Of a stretch of DNA of 64,000 nt, positions 49,634 to 63,527 are shown one piece after another. The notes beneath the pieces were generated by a model, which saw nothing but the letters and a program-made list of their open reading frames with translations, had not been told where the DNA came from and did no database searches. The stretch spans positions 1,364,001 through 1,428,000 of the forward strand of contig MU057711.1 in assembly GCA_013265495.1 (NCBI GenBank). Reading direction: 5' to 3'. Each line of letters opens with the position of its first letter. Position 1 is the stretch's first letter. Position numbers and translations under genes: made by a program. The stretch is from Vicugna vicugna. Lineage: Eukaryota.

Positions 49634-50090
49634 TGAGTCAGTCAGGGTTCTGACAGTCAAGAACGGGCTCAGTCGGACTGGGTCATTTGAGGAGTGTTAA
49701 TAAAAGGACTAGTTTACAAGATTTAGGGAAACTAATACAAGATGGCACAGTCTGTAAGGCTAGCCTCAGCGGGAGCCATCATCTGCCCTGGCCTGAAGGA
49801 GAAGGAGGAGGGGCCGCATCCCAAGCTGGAGAGAGGAATGTGGGGAAAGAACCACCTGGCGAGAGCCGTGTGATTTGCACAGCCAGCCCACGGCACCTGG
49901 CGGGGAGAAAACCGGCGAATGAGTACCCCAACTTCTTTATCCTTCTACACTCCCTTCTCCACCGGCTGCCCTCATTGTCCAAACTTAATATGAAAGCAGG
50001 AGAAACTGAAGATATGATTCCTCCAGGTTAGCCTCTGAGACACGGAGCAGAGTAGGGAAAGGAGGCAAGTAATCTAGAAAAGCCAGTGGG
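49634..50090 (-). mobile_element. ERVL-type LTR remnant
   Basis: TGAGTCAGTCAGGGTTC...TTGAGGAGTGTTAATAAAAGGACTAGTTTACAA; subfamily uncertain. Confidence 0.5.
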
Positions 50091-51010
50091 AGCTCCCCTG
50101 GCATGAAGCCCCAGAGCCAGGCCCAGAGCTGGGCCAGCAAATGTTGTCTACCCTCCTGGGGCTTTTCCTAATGGCCTTCGGGAAACTGCTTGGTCCCCTA
50201 GAGCCTTGTCCCAGCCCAAGTTCCCCTCACAGGACACCTGCCATGTCTGCAGTCCCCTTCCCTCATGTTGGCTCCACTTCCACCGAAATGTGCATATCTG
50301 AACCATTGGCATTCTGATGTAAATTAGCCAGGAAAGCAAATTGTTTGTGCTGAGGTGGACTCTCCCCGTGTTCATGGTGAGCTGACAGTGGAAGTACCAT
50401 CCTCACCTCCAAGGAAAGCAGATGCCTCCACAACTAAGGAGTCCTTTGAAAGGGCAGGAGCTCTGGCGTTCATGACCATTCTTCTGTCTGGTCCCCTCAC
50501 AGTGCTTGGAATTTATAAAGCCACAGTTGAAGCTGATGCAAAAGCTCTTACTTTTAATTAGGCAGCCTAGTGTCAGTCAATAGTGTGACAGGGATGGGTC
50601 TATCAGTGGGGACCGACGTTATGAGCAGAAGAGCTGCCAGACGCAGTGGCAGTGCAGCCCCCATATGGCAGGACTCGGAGGGAGCTGCTTTGGCAGGATG
50701 CTGCCATGTCAGTGATGGCAGACCAAACAGAGACCTCCAGACGCATGCCTGAGACTGGACGGCAGCTGGGAAGTAGCCACTTCCAAGAGGAATAGCTGCA
50801 GACCCCTGTCTGTCCCAGGGCCACCTCAGGTGGAGAACAACTGACAGGGGCTTAGAGACCATCTTCCCAACTACTGGGCTGGGTCCAAAAATGGGGATGT
50901 TCCACAGTGCGGTTTTCACCAAAGTCCATAGACAAAGGAGAGAAAAATGACAACAAAGTGAAGTTTCTTTTTTAACAGCTAAAATAATTCAATTTAAAAA
51001 GTTGTTTTAT

Positions 51011-51270
51011 AAACTTATGGTTACCAGAGGGGAAAGGGGGTGGGAAGGGATAAATTGGGAGTTCGAGATTTGCAAATACCAAGCACTACATGTAAAATAA
51101 ACAATGAATTTCTACTATATAGCACAGGGAACTATATTCAATATCTTGTAGTAACCTATAATGAAAAAGAATATGAAAAGGAATATATGTATGTATATGT
51201 ATGACTGACACATTATGCTGGACACCAGAAATTAATGCAACATTGTAAACTGACTATATTCAATTTAAAA
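51011..51270 (+). mobile_element. L1 3' UTR end with TSD
   Basis: AAACTTATGGTTACCAGAGGGGAAAGG...TGTAAACTGACTATATTCAATTTAAAAAAAA; flanked by AAAAAGTTGT(T/C)TTA on both sides. Confidence 0.9.
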
Positions 51271-53679
51271 AAAAGTTGTCTTAGCTTTCATATTCATATA
51301 AATTAGATTATTTCTTCTTTCTTTACTTCACATGGAAATGTCTTTTCTTTAACAAGGGCTGGTAATACTAGACAGCAGGGTCTTATATAAACATATATTT
51401 GATGTCCTAACTTGAACCCCCACCCCCACTACACACACATTAAAAAATATTATTGATCCATGGAATCCCAACTGGGAACTCAGGATCTAGTGACGAGTCA
51501 AAATAATCATGTTCAGCTGGGTAAGTTGAGATTCTGAGACTTAAAACTAGTCTAGGAAAGTTGGTTGAAAACTCTGTCTTCCTACAGCCTTACTGCTTTT
51601 TTCCAGCCTTGCTACGTGGTAACTCAGCCCCACCAGGCACTCTGGACAGTGTAACAGAAACATCTTCACATGTGTAAGATTCTGGCCATTTTCCCTCCAG
51701 CTCTCTTTTTCCTTTAACTTCCACAGGATTCAGATGACATCCACACCTCCTTCCCATTTCTGAGGTTTATGTTTTATTGTCCAAGAAGATGGACCTAAGA
51801 TTTGAAGTTGGGGAGGCCTGGCCCAGCCACTTAACCAGTAGTAACCTGTCCTTGGCAAGAGACTGACCCTCTCTGATTCCCCAGTTTCCCCATTACTGAC
51901 TTGCTTTCCACCAGACTAATGCCCCATATGGGCAGGGACCATGTCAGTCATGTTTACAGCTGTATTTGCAGCCCCTAGTACAGTGCCTGGTCTACAGTTA
52001 GCATCTAGAAAACATATAATCAATGAATCTCATCCTATGAGGATTTCAAGACTGCAAGCTCCATTTCTTCATTTGTGGGATGTTGGTGATAATAATACTT
52101 TCCACATAAGACTCTAGTAAGTCTTTGCAAAATCATGCCCAAAGATATAATTGCAAACTGTCAGTTCCTGGCCAGACACCAGGGACAGTAACAGGGACAG
52201 TTGCAACCTGACCAGGGGATAAGATTTTCCATGGCTGAGTCCTGGGAGGCACTAGCTGGGTAGTAGGATTCATGGAAATCCAGAAAGGCCCAAGACTGGC
52301 CCTACGGAGGCTCCCAGAAAAATTCTCCCAGAAAATAAATTAAAGGGCATGGACTGAGCACATCCTGGCTCTCTCCCAAACATGGGCTGCCTTGTACAGG
52401 TGTCTTTCCTATCAGGAGACACTTTCTCAAAGATGGTATTTGTGTCACACAGGGAGATTTCAAAATGCTGTATTTGGAAACATGAATGTGTAATGTCTCC
52501 CTGGAAATCTACACCTTCTCAGCGAAAGATACAAGTGCAGTCCAAGACAGACATGTTTAATTAGTGAGCAAACTTGACATTTCCAGTGTTTGGACGAGAC
52601 AGAGGAAAAGCCAAGAGCAAACTAAGATCTTTTCTTCATCCCTTCCCCCTCAGCGTGCTGACAGAGAATAATTTACTGGGTTTGAAGAAAAATGAATGCC
52701 TTTACAATAACAGGAGAGAAAAGGCCAGAAGATCCAAGAGTGGGTATTAAATAATTGTCACCCTAAATAGGCACCTCCCCCATCTCCATTTCTGCCCCCC
52801 TTGGATCTCTGCTTAATCCTCGTGGGTATGTCACAGTGGCATATCTAGCCCCTGATATCTTGGGTGCCAGGCCCCTGAGGTACCTTTAGGCCAGCCTTTC
52901 CATCAGTCTCCACATCTGAGATCTGCAATGCCAATTTTTTGATATTTAACCGACCTGAGTCCTTCTTGTCTTTCTCAAGCCCTTGATTGATTGCAATAGC
53001 TTTCTAATTAGTCCTTCCTTCTCCCTCCTGCTCTCCCCCAACCCCAAGCTGGTCTACAAATTTTTGCCAAGTGAACTCTGCGGAGCATGCTCTGTTGATA
53101 GTCCCCCCTGAACTGAAATCATCAGTGCTTCCTCATTTATTCAACCTTACAAGTGCCACGCATTGAGAAGGCATCGATGGTGATTCAGATTTCCTTAAGA
53201 TGAAGCCAAACTTTTAAGCTGATATTTTGTCAGACCCTAATATGCCCTTCTTGGTTTACCCCTTCCAGCACCCTCCAACCTTACATGCTAGACACATCCA
53301 CTGTCTATAATTTCCCCCACATTCCCTGTACATCTCCACCTTCGGATGCACCTTGCGCAGTGTTGGACAATTTTCATCCATTTTCTCTTTTATTACCGAC
53401 ACATTATTTACAATAAGGCCAGGGTTCTTGTTGATAATGCCTTTGTTTACACAGATTCCCCATCCACAATGCTCATCTCCTCAAGCTCCCTCATTCTTTA
53501 ATAGCCAAGTTAAATGTCACAACTGATACTCCTGGCTGGTATTAATATCACCTGCCTTTAGATTGTTATAGAACCCCCTCCTTGAAGTTCCTTTACACTA
53601 CCTGAAACACTCTGCCCTCTATGGAAGATATTTCCAGTGGCAGAACATCTCAGAAATTGATCATTGAGGGAATTTATCA

Positions 53680-54140
53680 ATCAGAATCCAAGAAAGAAAA
53701 AAGAAACCACTCGGATGTATCAGAGGGAACTTAATTGGCTTATTTAAGGGACGGAAGGACAGAGACACCAGGCAAAGGATGGCAGGCTAGCCAAAGATTA
53801 ACAATAGCAAGACGCTACTACCACCACAAGGCTGAGAGGACAATGGGAGGAGGAGGGGTTCCTGGACCCTGCATCTCAGGTGACTCTGCAGAAGCTGGAA
53901 ATGTGGTGGACCATCCAGTGAGAGCCAGAACCTCCAAGGAGACAAAGCCCTTAGCAGGGATGTTGCTGGAGGCAGTGGAAAGGAGATAGCTTGGCTTTTC
54001 TCTTCTTCCAATCATCTGACTCCCTAACAGTGCTACCTTTGCTGAGCCCCCAAGGGAGGTCAGCTGACATGGGAACCTCGGTCACCCTGCCCTGTAATAT
54101 AGAGCAGAGCAGGGCAAGGGTAGAATAGCAGAGCCCCAAT
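53680..54140 (-). mobile_element. ERVL-type LTR remnant
   Basis: TCAGAATCCAAGAAAGAAAAAAGAAACCACTC...GGAACTTAAT...AGAGCAGAGCAGGGCAAGGG; subfamily uncertain. Confidence 0.45.
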
Positions 54141-56254
54141 CCAATACCTCTTACCTCTAAAACTAGAACACTTTTATTAAAGTAACAGTGCGATTCATTA
54201 ACTCATCTCCAATATGAAACTTTACATAACACTTCTGAGGAAATGCAAACACCTAGGCATAGCTTATTTCTCTGGTATGTCCTCTGTTGCTAGTAATTCT
54301 TCATGTAAATCTAGCTTCCTTCAGTCTGCACAGAGAGAAACCACTTTGACATTTCCCAGAGCAAAGGATCATGACTCATTTCTCACGAAGCTCAGCCATT
54401 GGTTTCCTGGAGTGGCTTCCTTTGTCCTAGTTCATCCTTCTCTGCTAGTGCTCATTGATCTGAGGGCTTACATTTGCCTCCTGGTCCCTCCCTTGGCACT
54501 AAGATTTCAGGCCCCTCCAGAGGTGGGGAAGTGCTCCACTAGAGGCAGCAGAGAGTAAAACTAAGGTTCTAGGATCTCAGGTTTGTGTTCAAATTCACCT
54601 TCTCCTCCTTTCCCATTGTTAACCTTGAGCTCTGATTTGACCTCTCTAAAGCCACAGCTTCCCAATCTGAAACAAGTGAACTATGGTAGCACCTGCCTCG
54701 TATGGTCATCACGAGGATTAACTAAAATGATTCACGGAAAACACTTAGCACATTGCCACTGTTATGATGTGTTTAGTACCTGTGAACAATTACTTTTTTC
54801 TCACAACAGCACAAAAGATCATGGGTTGTGTGGGTGTGGCACTCAACTCTGTGTCCTCCAACCACTTCTTTTTTTAATCAAGTAGATAGTCTTCTGGTAA
54901 TCACATTTTATGTCATGAGGTCCAACTAATTTCTCATTCTTCAGAATCGTAGTCTTGAAATGTCACAACTGGTACAGACCTAAAGATTACCTAGTTTATC
55001 ATTCTCTCTCACTATGTGGAGAGGGACTAAAGTCCAAAGTGAATAAATTATTCTTTGTGAAATTTGTGTGCGTATGTGTGTGTATGTCCCAAAAGAAAAA
55101 CAAGGAGAAAACATATAAACATCTATAAACCTACCACTCAGAGATAGCTTAGTCATCATTTTTATTTATAATTATTTAGTCTCTTTCTTATCAATGTATT
55201 ATTTTAAAATAAAAATGGAATTACAGTGTACTCATTGTTTTGAAAAAAAGGAATCTTTTTTCCAGGTAACACCATTTCTTCAACATCTTTTCATTTCAGT
55301 AAATACCATTTTTAGTGTCTCCATTGATACAAATATACAGTAGTTTACTTTATTTAACAAATTTCACTTTTAAAGATCTTCTTCTGTGGACATTCAGGAT
55401 GTTTCTGATTTTTCATTATAAACAATGCCTCCAAAATGCTTCTGAAAGAGACCAAACACGTCCTTTCCCTCTGAGAATTTTAAATGCTTTGGGCTGTGAT
55501 GGAACATTGAAGTTTCAAGGAAAATCTGTGGGTTTTTACAAGCTGCCTGCACACAGCAAAGAGCTTTCATATCAGTTGTTATTTTATCCCATTCTTGCAG
55601 CAAGACCAGGAGGTGGGTCCTTGCAAGATTGCTATGAGCTGTTGTCTGTTGTCTTTCTTGGCCTATGACTGGATGAAATCTACCCAGGTGTTTTCTTCAG
55701 GTTGTGGGCCAGTGTTAGAGGTACAGGGACCTCCTCTGCAGCTCCCCAAATTCCTTGTTAAAAATGACACATCAGGTCCCAGTCCTGGCTCCGGGATTTG
55801 TGAAGTTGTCTTCTACTTTTTCAGGGCCTGCTCCGTGTTATATGTGAGGCCTCTGAAATGTGTTCATTACTTCTTACATTGATCTTTTGAACTGAGAGCA
55901 GCCCCTGGAGGAGTAGCTCAGACTTGGAAGATTAGAAAGGATTTAGAAGACAGTGTCTAATGCTCTTTGGACGTGGCTGATGTTGTGGCAGCCTTTGGCT
56001 TAGGTCACTTTGTGTAATCATGGTAGGAGACCAATTTCCTGGGGACAATTATGGGGCACTGGAAGAATTCCTAACCCCAAAACTTACTCTCCAAAAACAT
56101 GTGACAGTACCTACAACTCCACCCCAACAAAGTGGTGGCATTAAGGCCTTTGTAAACTCCTCTGATAAAATCCACAAATCCCAAGGAAAAGTGAGATACT
56201 AGTCCACGAACAGCCATTAGCCTCCCACTAATATCCCCTTGTAGGGTGGAGTCC

Positions 56255-56658
56255 CTATTAGTGTGCTAAGGCCGCCATAACAAAGACTGGGGCCCTAAAT
56301 GACAGAAATGTATTTTCTCACAGTTCTGGAGGCTGGAAGTCCAAGATCATGGTGTTGGCAGGGTTGGTTTCTTCTGAGGACCATGAGGGAGGGATGAGTT
56401 CCACGCTCTCTGCCTGGCTTGTTGATGACCATTTTCTCCCTATATCATCACACAGTCTTGTCTCTGTGTGTATCTGTGTCCAAATGTCCTCTTCTTATCA
56501 GGACACCAGTCATGTTGGATTAGCGTCTACACGAATCACCTTGTTTTAACGTAGTTATCTCTTTAAAGACCCTATGTACAAATACAGCCACATTCTGAGG
56601 TACTGGGGGTTAAGATTTCAACATATGAATTTGGAGAGGACACAGTTCAGCCCATAGG
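56255..56658 (-). mobile_element. MaLR LTR (MLT1B/C-like)
   Basis: TTTTCTCACAGTTCTGGAGGCTGGAAGTCCAAGATCA...CACATTCTGAGGTACTGGGGGTTAAGATTTCAACATATGAATTTGG. Confidence 0.88.
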
Positions 56659-59600
56659 AGACTCTAACTACATGAATTAATAGAGAATGATATCAAAAAA
56701 AGGTTGAATGGAAAAAGCAAGTTGTGGAATTATGCATTCTAAATGCTATCATTTATGAAAAAATCTTAAAGCGTATATGTTAATACCACGTGTTTGTTGA
56801 TGCATTCATAAATAATAGAGACAGAAACAGGAAGGATAACCACAAACTTCATAAAGTAGTTCTCTCTGAGGAGGAGAGAAAGACAGATGTGTGAAGGTTT
56901 AAAAAAGTAAACAACTATGTCCTTAAATTTAAGCTGGAGCAGGTATGACAAAATATCAATATTCATTCATTGTGGGGTTGATTGCACATGTTAAACAGAA
57001 TACTCTGTATGCTTTTAAGCTTTTGACATTTTCTATCATTTACAAAATGGAGAAAAGAGGCCATTGAGGAAAGTCTAGTTCTACACTGCTTCTTCAATGT
57101 CCTGGGGGGTGATGGGTTTTACTCAATTTCCTTCTTAGGGTCACATGTGACCCTCAAGTGTGTGAATAGTTCATGAAAAACACTTTTATCACTAAAGACT
57201 CTGTCATTCAAAATATGACCCCAGAGGCCTCTAAAATAGAACTGTAGAAATCAGCAGAAGGGGGCCTCCCCACCTCTCAGCCCCAACTCGGGAAGATGGA
57301 TAAGGGCTCTTCACAGCCTTTTCAACTTTCCCCATTTAGCTGCCTCCTCATTCCATCTCCAGCCCTCTGACCCCCTACGACCTCCCTTTCCTCCGTGGAC
57401 ACCAAGTTCCTGTGAAGTGTTTACCAGCCTTGGGCAGGAAGAAGACTCCCTGCCCTACAGACTTTTTAAGAGAGCAGTGGAACAGGCTGTGCCCGAGCTT
57501 CTTGTGAAAGGGGGAAAGTCGTCAAGAGGCATGCCAGCCACCCACAGCACATCTGAATCTCTTTTTAATTTTTCAGCTGTCCTCATGGTTTTTTTGGCAT
57601 CCACAATATCATTTGAATCTCACACACACAAAAACTATGAGCCACCCAGGGCAGATAGAAATAGCCCAATGTCCAGTCATGAGACCCTGAGGTGGGTTGT
57701 GACTTGACCACAATCCTGCCACTCTTTCTAGGCAGCTGAACTCTTCCTCCTGCAGGGAGCCTTCCTTCCTCAAGCTTATACTAGAATACACAGATCACTC
57801 TTCCAGTGTCTTCAACATGCTCATTGTCTGACCCACTCATCGGGCACCCACTGACCCTCAGCTGCCCTGCCTTTTGTTTTATGTCTGATCCCCTAAATTA
57901 GACCAAACTGTGAGATCAATAACTCCAATGTCATACTCAATGTACAATATTGTGGCATCCTCTATATTTTGTAACTGAGTAAAATTTCCTATGAATCTCA
58001 TCCTATTGAATGGTGATAGGGTGTGAGGAATTTAAACTTTCCATTGGGCATATCAGTATCAAAGGATCACTAACATTCTTAGGTAAATATTTAGGAAATT
58101 CAAAAGGTAATAAGGGCTATCTTCTCTCCACATTCTTTTTTTGTATTTCTAGGTGATGCTGAGTTCAAAAGGGATTTTGTGTGGTGGCCTAGTGATGAAG
58201 AGGCAGGAGAAGGGTGGGGAGAGGTTCTGGCCTGTTTGTTTTGGAGGTGGCTGTGTTTTGATACCCACCTCTGTAGCCATAGTGGTAAGATGTATAATGT
58301 TGCAAAGAACCAAGCCTTTCTAGGTCCCAGCTGCCACAGTCCCACAAAAGCTCTAGGCAACCCAGCTACCAGCCTCATCCCCTTAGAAAGCCTATGAGAT
58401 CTTTGTGCTTCTTCCACGACTAAGTAGAGTCAAGAAGGCTTGAGAAATACTAATGCTAAGCCTCTCTCGCTGTTTATATAATTTCCTCTGCTAGTCCAAG
58501 CTTCAAATTGTGTGCACCCATGTTGTTCTAGCTCCATGTTGACATGATCTTTCTTAAGAGCTTGCAATATTTCCCAGACTGAATCTTAATAAATAAAGTT
58601 CTCCTGAACTGGAAGTCATCCAAACTTATGGGAGTACTTTCCTAGATCTCTATAACCACCCCCACAAGGAGTGATCCAGACCCTCCACTTCAGACTTCTT
58701 ACCTCCCTTCCTCCATCTTCTCTCCCAGGAAGGTCTCTTTCCTTCTTTCCTTTTAGACACTCTTTTATATCAACTCCTGAATTTTCTCTAACATGGACAG
58801 GAATGAAGCTCTAGAGTCCAGGGTAGCCAGGCCTAGCTATTGATTTATAAATTGGGCAGCCCTTGAAATTTAGAAAATATGTTCCCTCCTGGCATCCTCT
58901 GGTTTAAAAAAAAAAAGCTGTTTGAGACTAAAAACTGACCAGGAAAACAAGAAGTAGGGGAAAAGGAAATGAATGTACATCAGAAACTACTATTGCTATA
59001 ATGCAACCATAGTCATCTAGGAAGGTAGGCACCCAGCACAAAGCTGAGTGGAGAGCCAGTGGGCACATCAGTAGTTGTTAAATTGAGGGGAAAAGGTATA
59101 AAGGGCATTCCATTCCACTTCACCCACCTTTTACTCTCTGCCATACCTGGCTCATCAGAAGTATACCAAATAGCCAAAGTACCAGTCGTAAACTCTAGCT
59201 TATTGTTTCTTCAAATGAAGTGTCTCAAGTTCTTCCCTCTATCCCCCTCCCCATTTGCTCACCTAATAGAAAGCTGGGCAAGTGCTTTGAAATGTCACAC
59301 CTGAAGTTGGCTGAGCTTGAAAAGTTTAAAAATAGTCAACTCAAGGCACAAAAGTGTTTACCAGAAACAAACACTGTTAACAGCTCCTCCTAGACACACT
59401 TCAAGTTCCCACAGGGTAACAGAGTTGATGTGTGAACACGGACCCTCCTGTTTCCTTCTCCTGTTCCCTGCCAGGCTCCAACATCCAAACTCCTTTTTTC
59501 CCAGGCAAGCCAAGTATGCTTCATTCTTACCTAGGAAAGCAAAAACAAGAGATGTTCCTCTTCCCACCTGAATCTTTGACCCTTTGTCATAATCTGATTA

Positions 59601-59699
59601 CTCCCTTCTCTTTCAATACCCATGATGTAAAAAAGTACAAATTTTGTCCTAGCACTTACCATTCCATATTACAATCATCAGTTGTCTTTATTTATGGAC

Positions 59700-59960
59700 A
59701 TGCCGTGTAGTAATTAAGAGCAAAGGCTTCAGAACAAGATTGCTTGAGTTCAGATTCCTGGCTCTGATACTTGCTAGGTGTGTGACTTGAGACAAGCAAT
59801 TAACCTCTCTCTTTTCTGGTTGCCTCATCTGCAAAATAGGAATAATAATAGTTCCTATCTCGTAGGGCTATGGTAAGAAGTAAATGACTTAACATATGCA
59901 AAGCCTTAGAATAGGGCTTGACAGGCAGTACACTTTATATAAGTGTTTGCTGTTACTAAT
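59700..59960 (+). mobile_element. MIR SINE, near full length
   Basis: TAGTAATTAAGAGCAAAGGCTTCAGAAC...GAGTTCAGATTCCTGGCTCTG...CTCATCTGCAAAATAGGAATAATAATAG...AAGTGTTTGCTGTTACT. Confidence 0.85.
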
Positions 59961-60404
59961 ATTTATCTGGACCCCTTTCCTCAGCAGCTCCCTTAATGGC
60001 AGGTATTCTAATGGGTTGAGGACTTCAGCACCACGGACAGGGCCCCGACACAGCCTAAATACCACACCCCCCCCCCGCCGCCCACACCCAACACACATAA
60101 AATTGCATGCATATCTAATTGGCATATACATATGGCATAAATAGGTTTTTGGTGAACAACTGAATGAGTGAGCATGGCTTCACCCTTTCAGGGTCATCTC
60201 TGCACCCAGCACTCCTACCATCTTTCCTCGAGTGCACTTTTTTTCTGCTCACCTTTCCTCTGATTATTCCTGTACCAGTCACATGCACATCCAGTACCAG
60301 TCACACGGTCATCATTTTGGGTTTATCGGGAACGGTGGTGGGAGATGGGGCATGGCAGAGGCATTTTCAGTCTGGGGATGCTGATATCTGGAGATGCTCA
60401 GAAG

Positions 60405-60680
60405 TCTCTTTCTCCTGAGGCCTTCCTAGGCTGTCCAATCTAAAGTACAGCATTTCTTTTTTCCCTTCCCTGCTCTAATCTTTCTCCTTAGCATTTATTG
60501 CTATTTAACTTCTCTTTTATTTTACTCATTTATCTTACTTATTTTCTGTGTCCCCCACTAGAGTGTAAACTCCATGAGGAGAGGGTTATTTATCTCTTTT
60601 ATTTATCCCTGTATCCTTAGATTCTGGAACAGTACCTGATACATAATGGGGTCTTGATAAATATCTCTGAATTCATGAAT
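60405..60680 (+). mobile_element. L2 3' end
   Basis: CCCCCACTAGAGTGTAAACTCCATGAGGAGAGGG...GGAACAGTACCTGATACATAATGGGGTCTTGATAAATATCTCTGAATTCATGAAT. Confidence 0.8.
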
Positions 60681-63034
60681 ACATACATGCATATTTTAAT
60701 AGCATAATTCATACAAACCTCCAAAGCTAGAGATTTGATTTTGTCTTAATGCATAGACCTGGTTAACTCCCCTCTTCCAAGACACAGTGTGCACCCTGCA
60801 AGTGAATCAAGACTGCCAACCTCTTCTCGCTGGGATCGCAGAGAGATGGTCTAGGTGAGATCTAAAAGCACGAGGAAAACATTCACTTGACACTTAACAG
60901 TCCGTTGAAATAGCAACCTGATGCAGAGAACCAGTGCACTCCCAGCACCTGCCCGCTTCCTTTCTAGTAAGGATCTTACCTGGTATTGTTCTGACATGAC
61001 TCTGCAATAGAACCTGGCAGACTCTGAGGGAGACATTAGCTGTCTAGAGCCCAGTGCCACCCACACCTCTCTCGAGACATCTGAAGAGAGATACTGTGAG
61101 ACTACTACTGGCTGGCAAAAGGCAACTCATTTATGTTATGTTCCTACTATGTTCCAGGTGCTCTACTAGGGGCTTTACAAAAAGGATTCCACTTACTCCT
61201 CAAGTGCCCCATGGAGTAATAAGCATCCCAGGTACCACTTGGTAAGTAAGAAAATGGTGACTCAGGCATGTCACTTGCCAAGGCCCGATGGCAGGGCAGT
61301 CACAAAGCCAGGATTTTAATTCAAGCCCCAGGCTTTCCCCCTATATCACACTTTCCTCCTCCAAATGTGAGGTACAGACAGGCTGCTGGTTCTCATGGAG
61401 CCAAGAATCATATTAATCTCTTTTATTCACAAATCATTGTTCAGAAATTGTCAACAGACTCCATCCAACCAAAAGAGACTCAGGAGGTAAAAATCAGAAA
61501 GGGGAAAAAGGACCAGAATATTTGACCAATAGCATTAATGACTACAGCACCAGCAGCTCCACAAAGACTTTTCATGGCTGAGATTGAATTCCCCACTGAC
61601 CTGATAAGAGGCAAGCTCAGAATTCAAAGCAAATAAAGGACAGGCATAGTTCCTGTACTCAGGTGTCTGTGGACTGCGTCTTCCACTTGCTAAATGTGTT
61701 TGAATTGTTGCAAACACATTTGAATTCTATATTAGGGATTTAGGCTCAGCCAGCACTTCCACGGATGGATAATTACAATCAGACATAGCCTGAAATATAA
61801 GCGAACAAAGAGCCATGCTTAGTATCAGGAGACAGAGCCTTGATCTACCCACTGTCCTTCCCAGATGTCCTGATTCACTAGTAACACTACTGTCCAAAAA
61901 TGGACAGCCAAGGCTCTTGGGGTAGTTATGACTTTTGCTCTGCCTGATTAAAATCCCCCTTTCACTGCTAAGGTCAAGAGAGGCCATGCTGCAGCTCTGG
62001 AAGCAATAACTGGCTGCCTAAAATGAATGGCAGGGATCTGGCCTGGGGCGGAGGGATGGGGACTGTGTGGTGATGAGGTCATGATGCATCCAGGCTCTTA
62101 TGTAACAATTAAGCAGTCATTGAAAATCTGCTTTGTGTATTAAGACTAGACCCACATCTCAAGGAGCAGCTGTGGAAATGGAAAACCAAAACCTGGAGAA
62201 GCAGGGCTGGGGGTCAGTAAAGCTCCCCAGGATCCCATGGGCAACTGACTCGGGGAGCCTGGGAAGTCGAAATGAGCTGAACAGTCCAGGCGGCAAAGCC
62301 TGGGAGATGGACGGAAGGACCAAGAGACTGCTGCCTTCTCTCATCTGAAGAGCCAGTTGTATGGGGGTGGGGTGGAACTTTTCCCTCATTCTCACTGACA
62401 TTTGGAGGGTGAGCTCTGTTCCACACGAGTAGCCTGTGGCAACCAGGCGGCAAGATGAGACTGCTGCATCCCCCAGCCCATAAAGCCTGCCCCTGCTGCA
62501 CAGTGAAAATTACAGGCTTATATTACAGGGTGCGTGCTGGAGAAGTAGCCGGAGGTGGCTGATACAATCAGAGTTCAGGTAGCTTTATTGAGGATTGTGA
62601 AATGAAACTGTTACCCATGTGCCCAAATTTGAATGAGAAAATTTCCCCCCCAAAAATAATAACTGGAACTGTGTGTTTGTTCCTTCTTCTTTGTAAAATT
62701 ATTGTAGCAAGCTGTAGCTAGGAATCTAGTATCTTTTTTCCACTTAGAAGAGCAAGTTTTCCCCAGAATAAAGTGGCAGGCCCAAAGGAAGGAAGGCAAC
62801 CATTGCTGCAGCAGGCCTCTGAGGCAGCAGCTTCGAGAGGCATTTCTAGGGGCACCAGGGTACCAGAGTGACACCTCAGAGGATGCTTAGGGGGACAACA
62901 TGGAGCCCGAAGGGTCAGGACTCTCACTGTAGCATCTTTACTTTAGTCATTTAAAATATTGGAGATTCAGATATGATTTTTGCTACAAAAAATGTTTTGT
63001 TGCTTTTTTCTGCATTTTAATACGTGCTTTTATT

Positions 63035-63527
63035 AAGGCAAAGCTGTGGTGAACAAGGCCAGAGAAATAATCGTCTCTGAAGGGTGGGAGCTAGAATTAT
63101 CTGGGAAGGGGTGTGAGGATGTGAGTGATGAAATGGCCCGTATCTTGAGAGGGGTTTGGGTTACATGCATGAATGTATTTGCCAAAACTCATCTAGTAAC
63201 ACATGCAAGGTTTGTGCATTTCAATCTGTAAATTTAATCTCAAAAGAAAAAAAACTGTAAGCAAATATTGAACTCTAGTTGATACTAGACATGCTGCAAT
63301 ATTTAGGGGAGAGTGTACTAATGCCTGGGATTTGCATTAAAACATTCCCAAAACAATGATGGGTTGTTGGCTGGAGGGAGGAATGGACAGGCAGATAGAT
63401 ATGTAATAACTCAAGTGTAGTGAAATGTCCGTGGTAGAATCTAGATTGTGGGCATGCTGATGTTCACTAAAATTCTTTGGATTCTTCTGTATGTTTGAAA
63501 ACAAACAGAATAAAATACTGAGGGAAA
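63035..63527 (+). mobile_element. Old L1MC-type 3' end
   Basis: GTATCTTGAGAGGGGTTTGGGTTACATG...TTGTGCATTTCA...AAATATTGAACTCTAGTT...GTGGTAGAATCTAG...AATAAAATACTG. Confidence 0.75.

Noticed and set aside
54536..54550. CTCF-like motif CCACTAGAGGCAGCA
   Set aside because: Imperfect match to the core, located at the start of a MIR-like element, with no independent support.
60970..61020. Minus-strand 22-nt micro-exon (TTGCAG|...CCAG|GTAAGA)
   Set aside because: Good donor but weak polypyrimidine tract, not frame-preserving and no partner exons; expected by chance.
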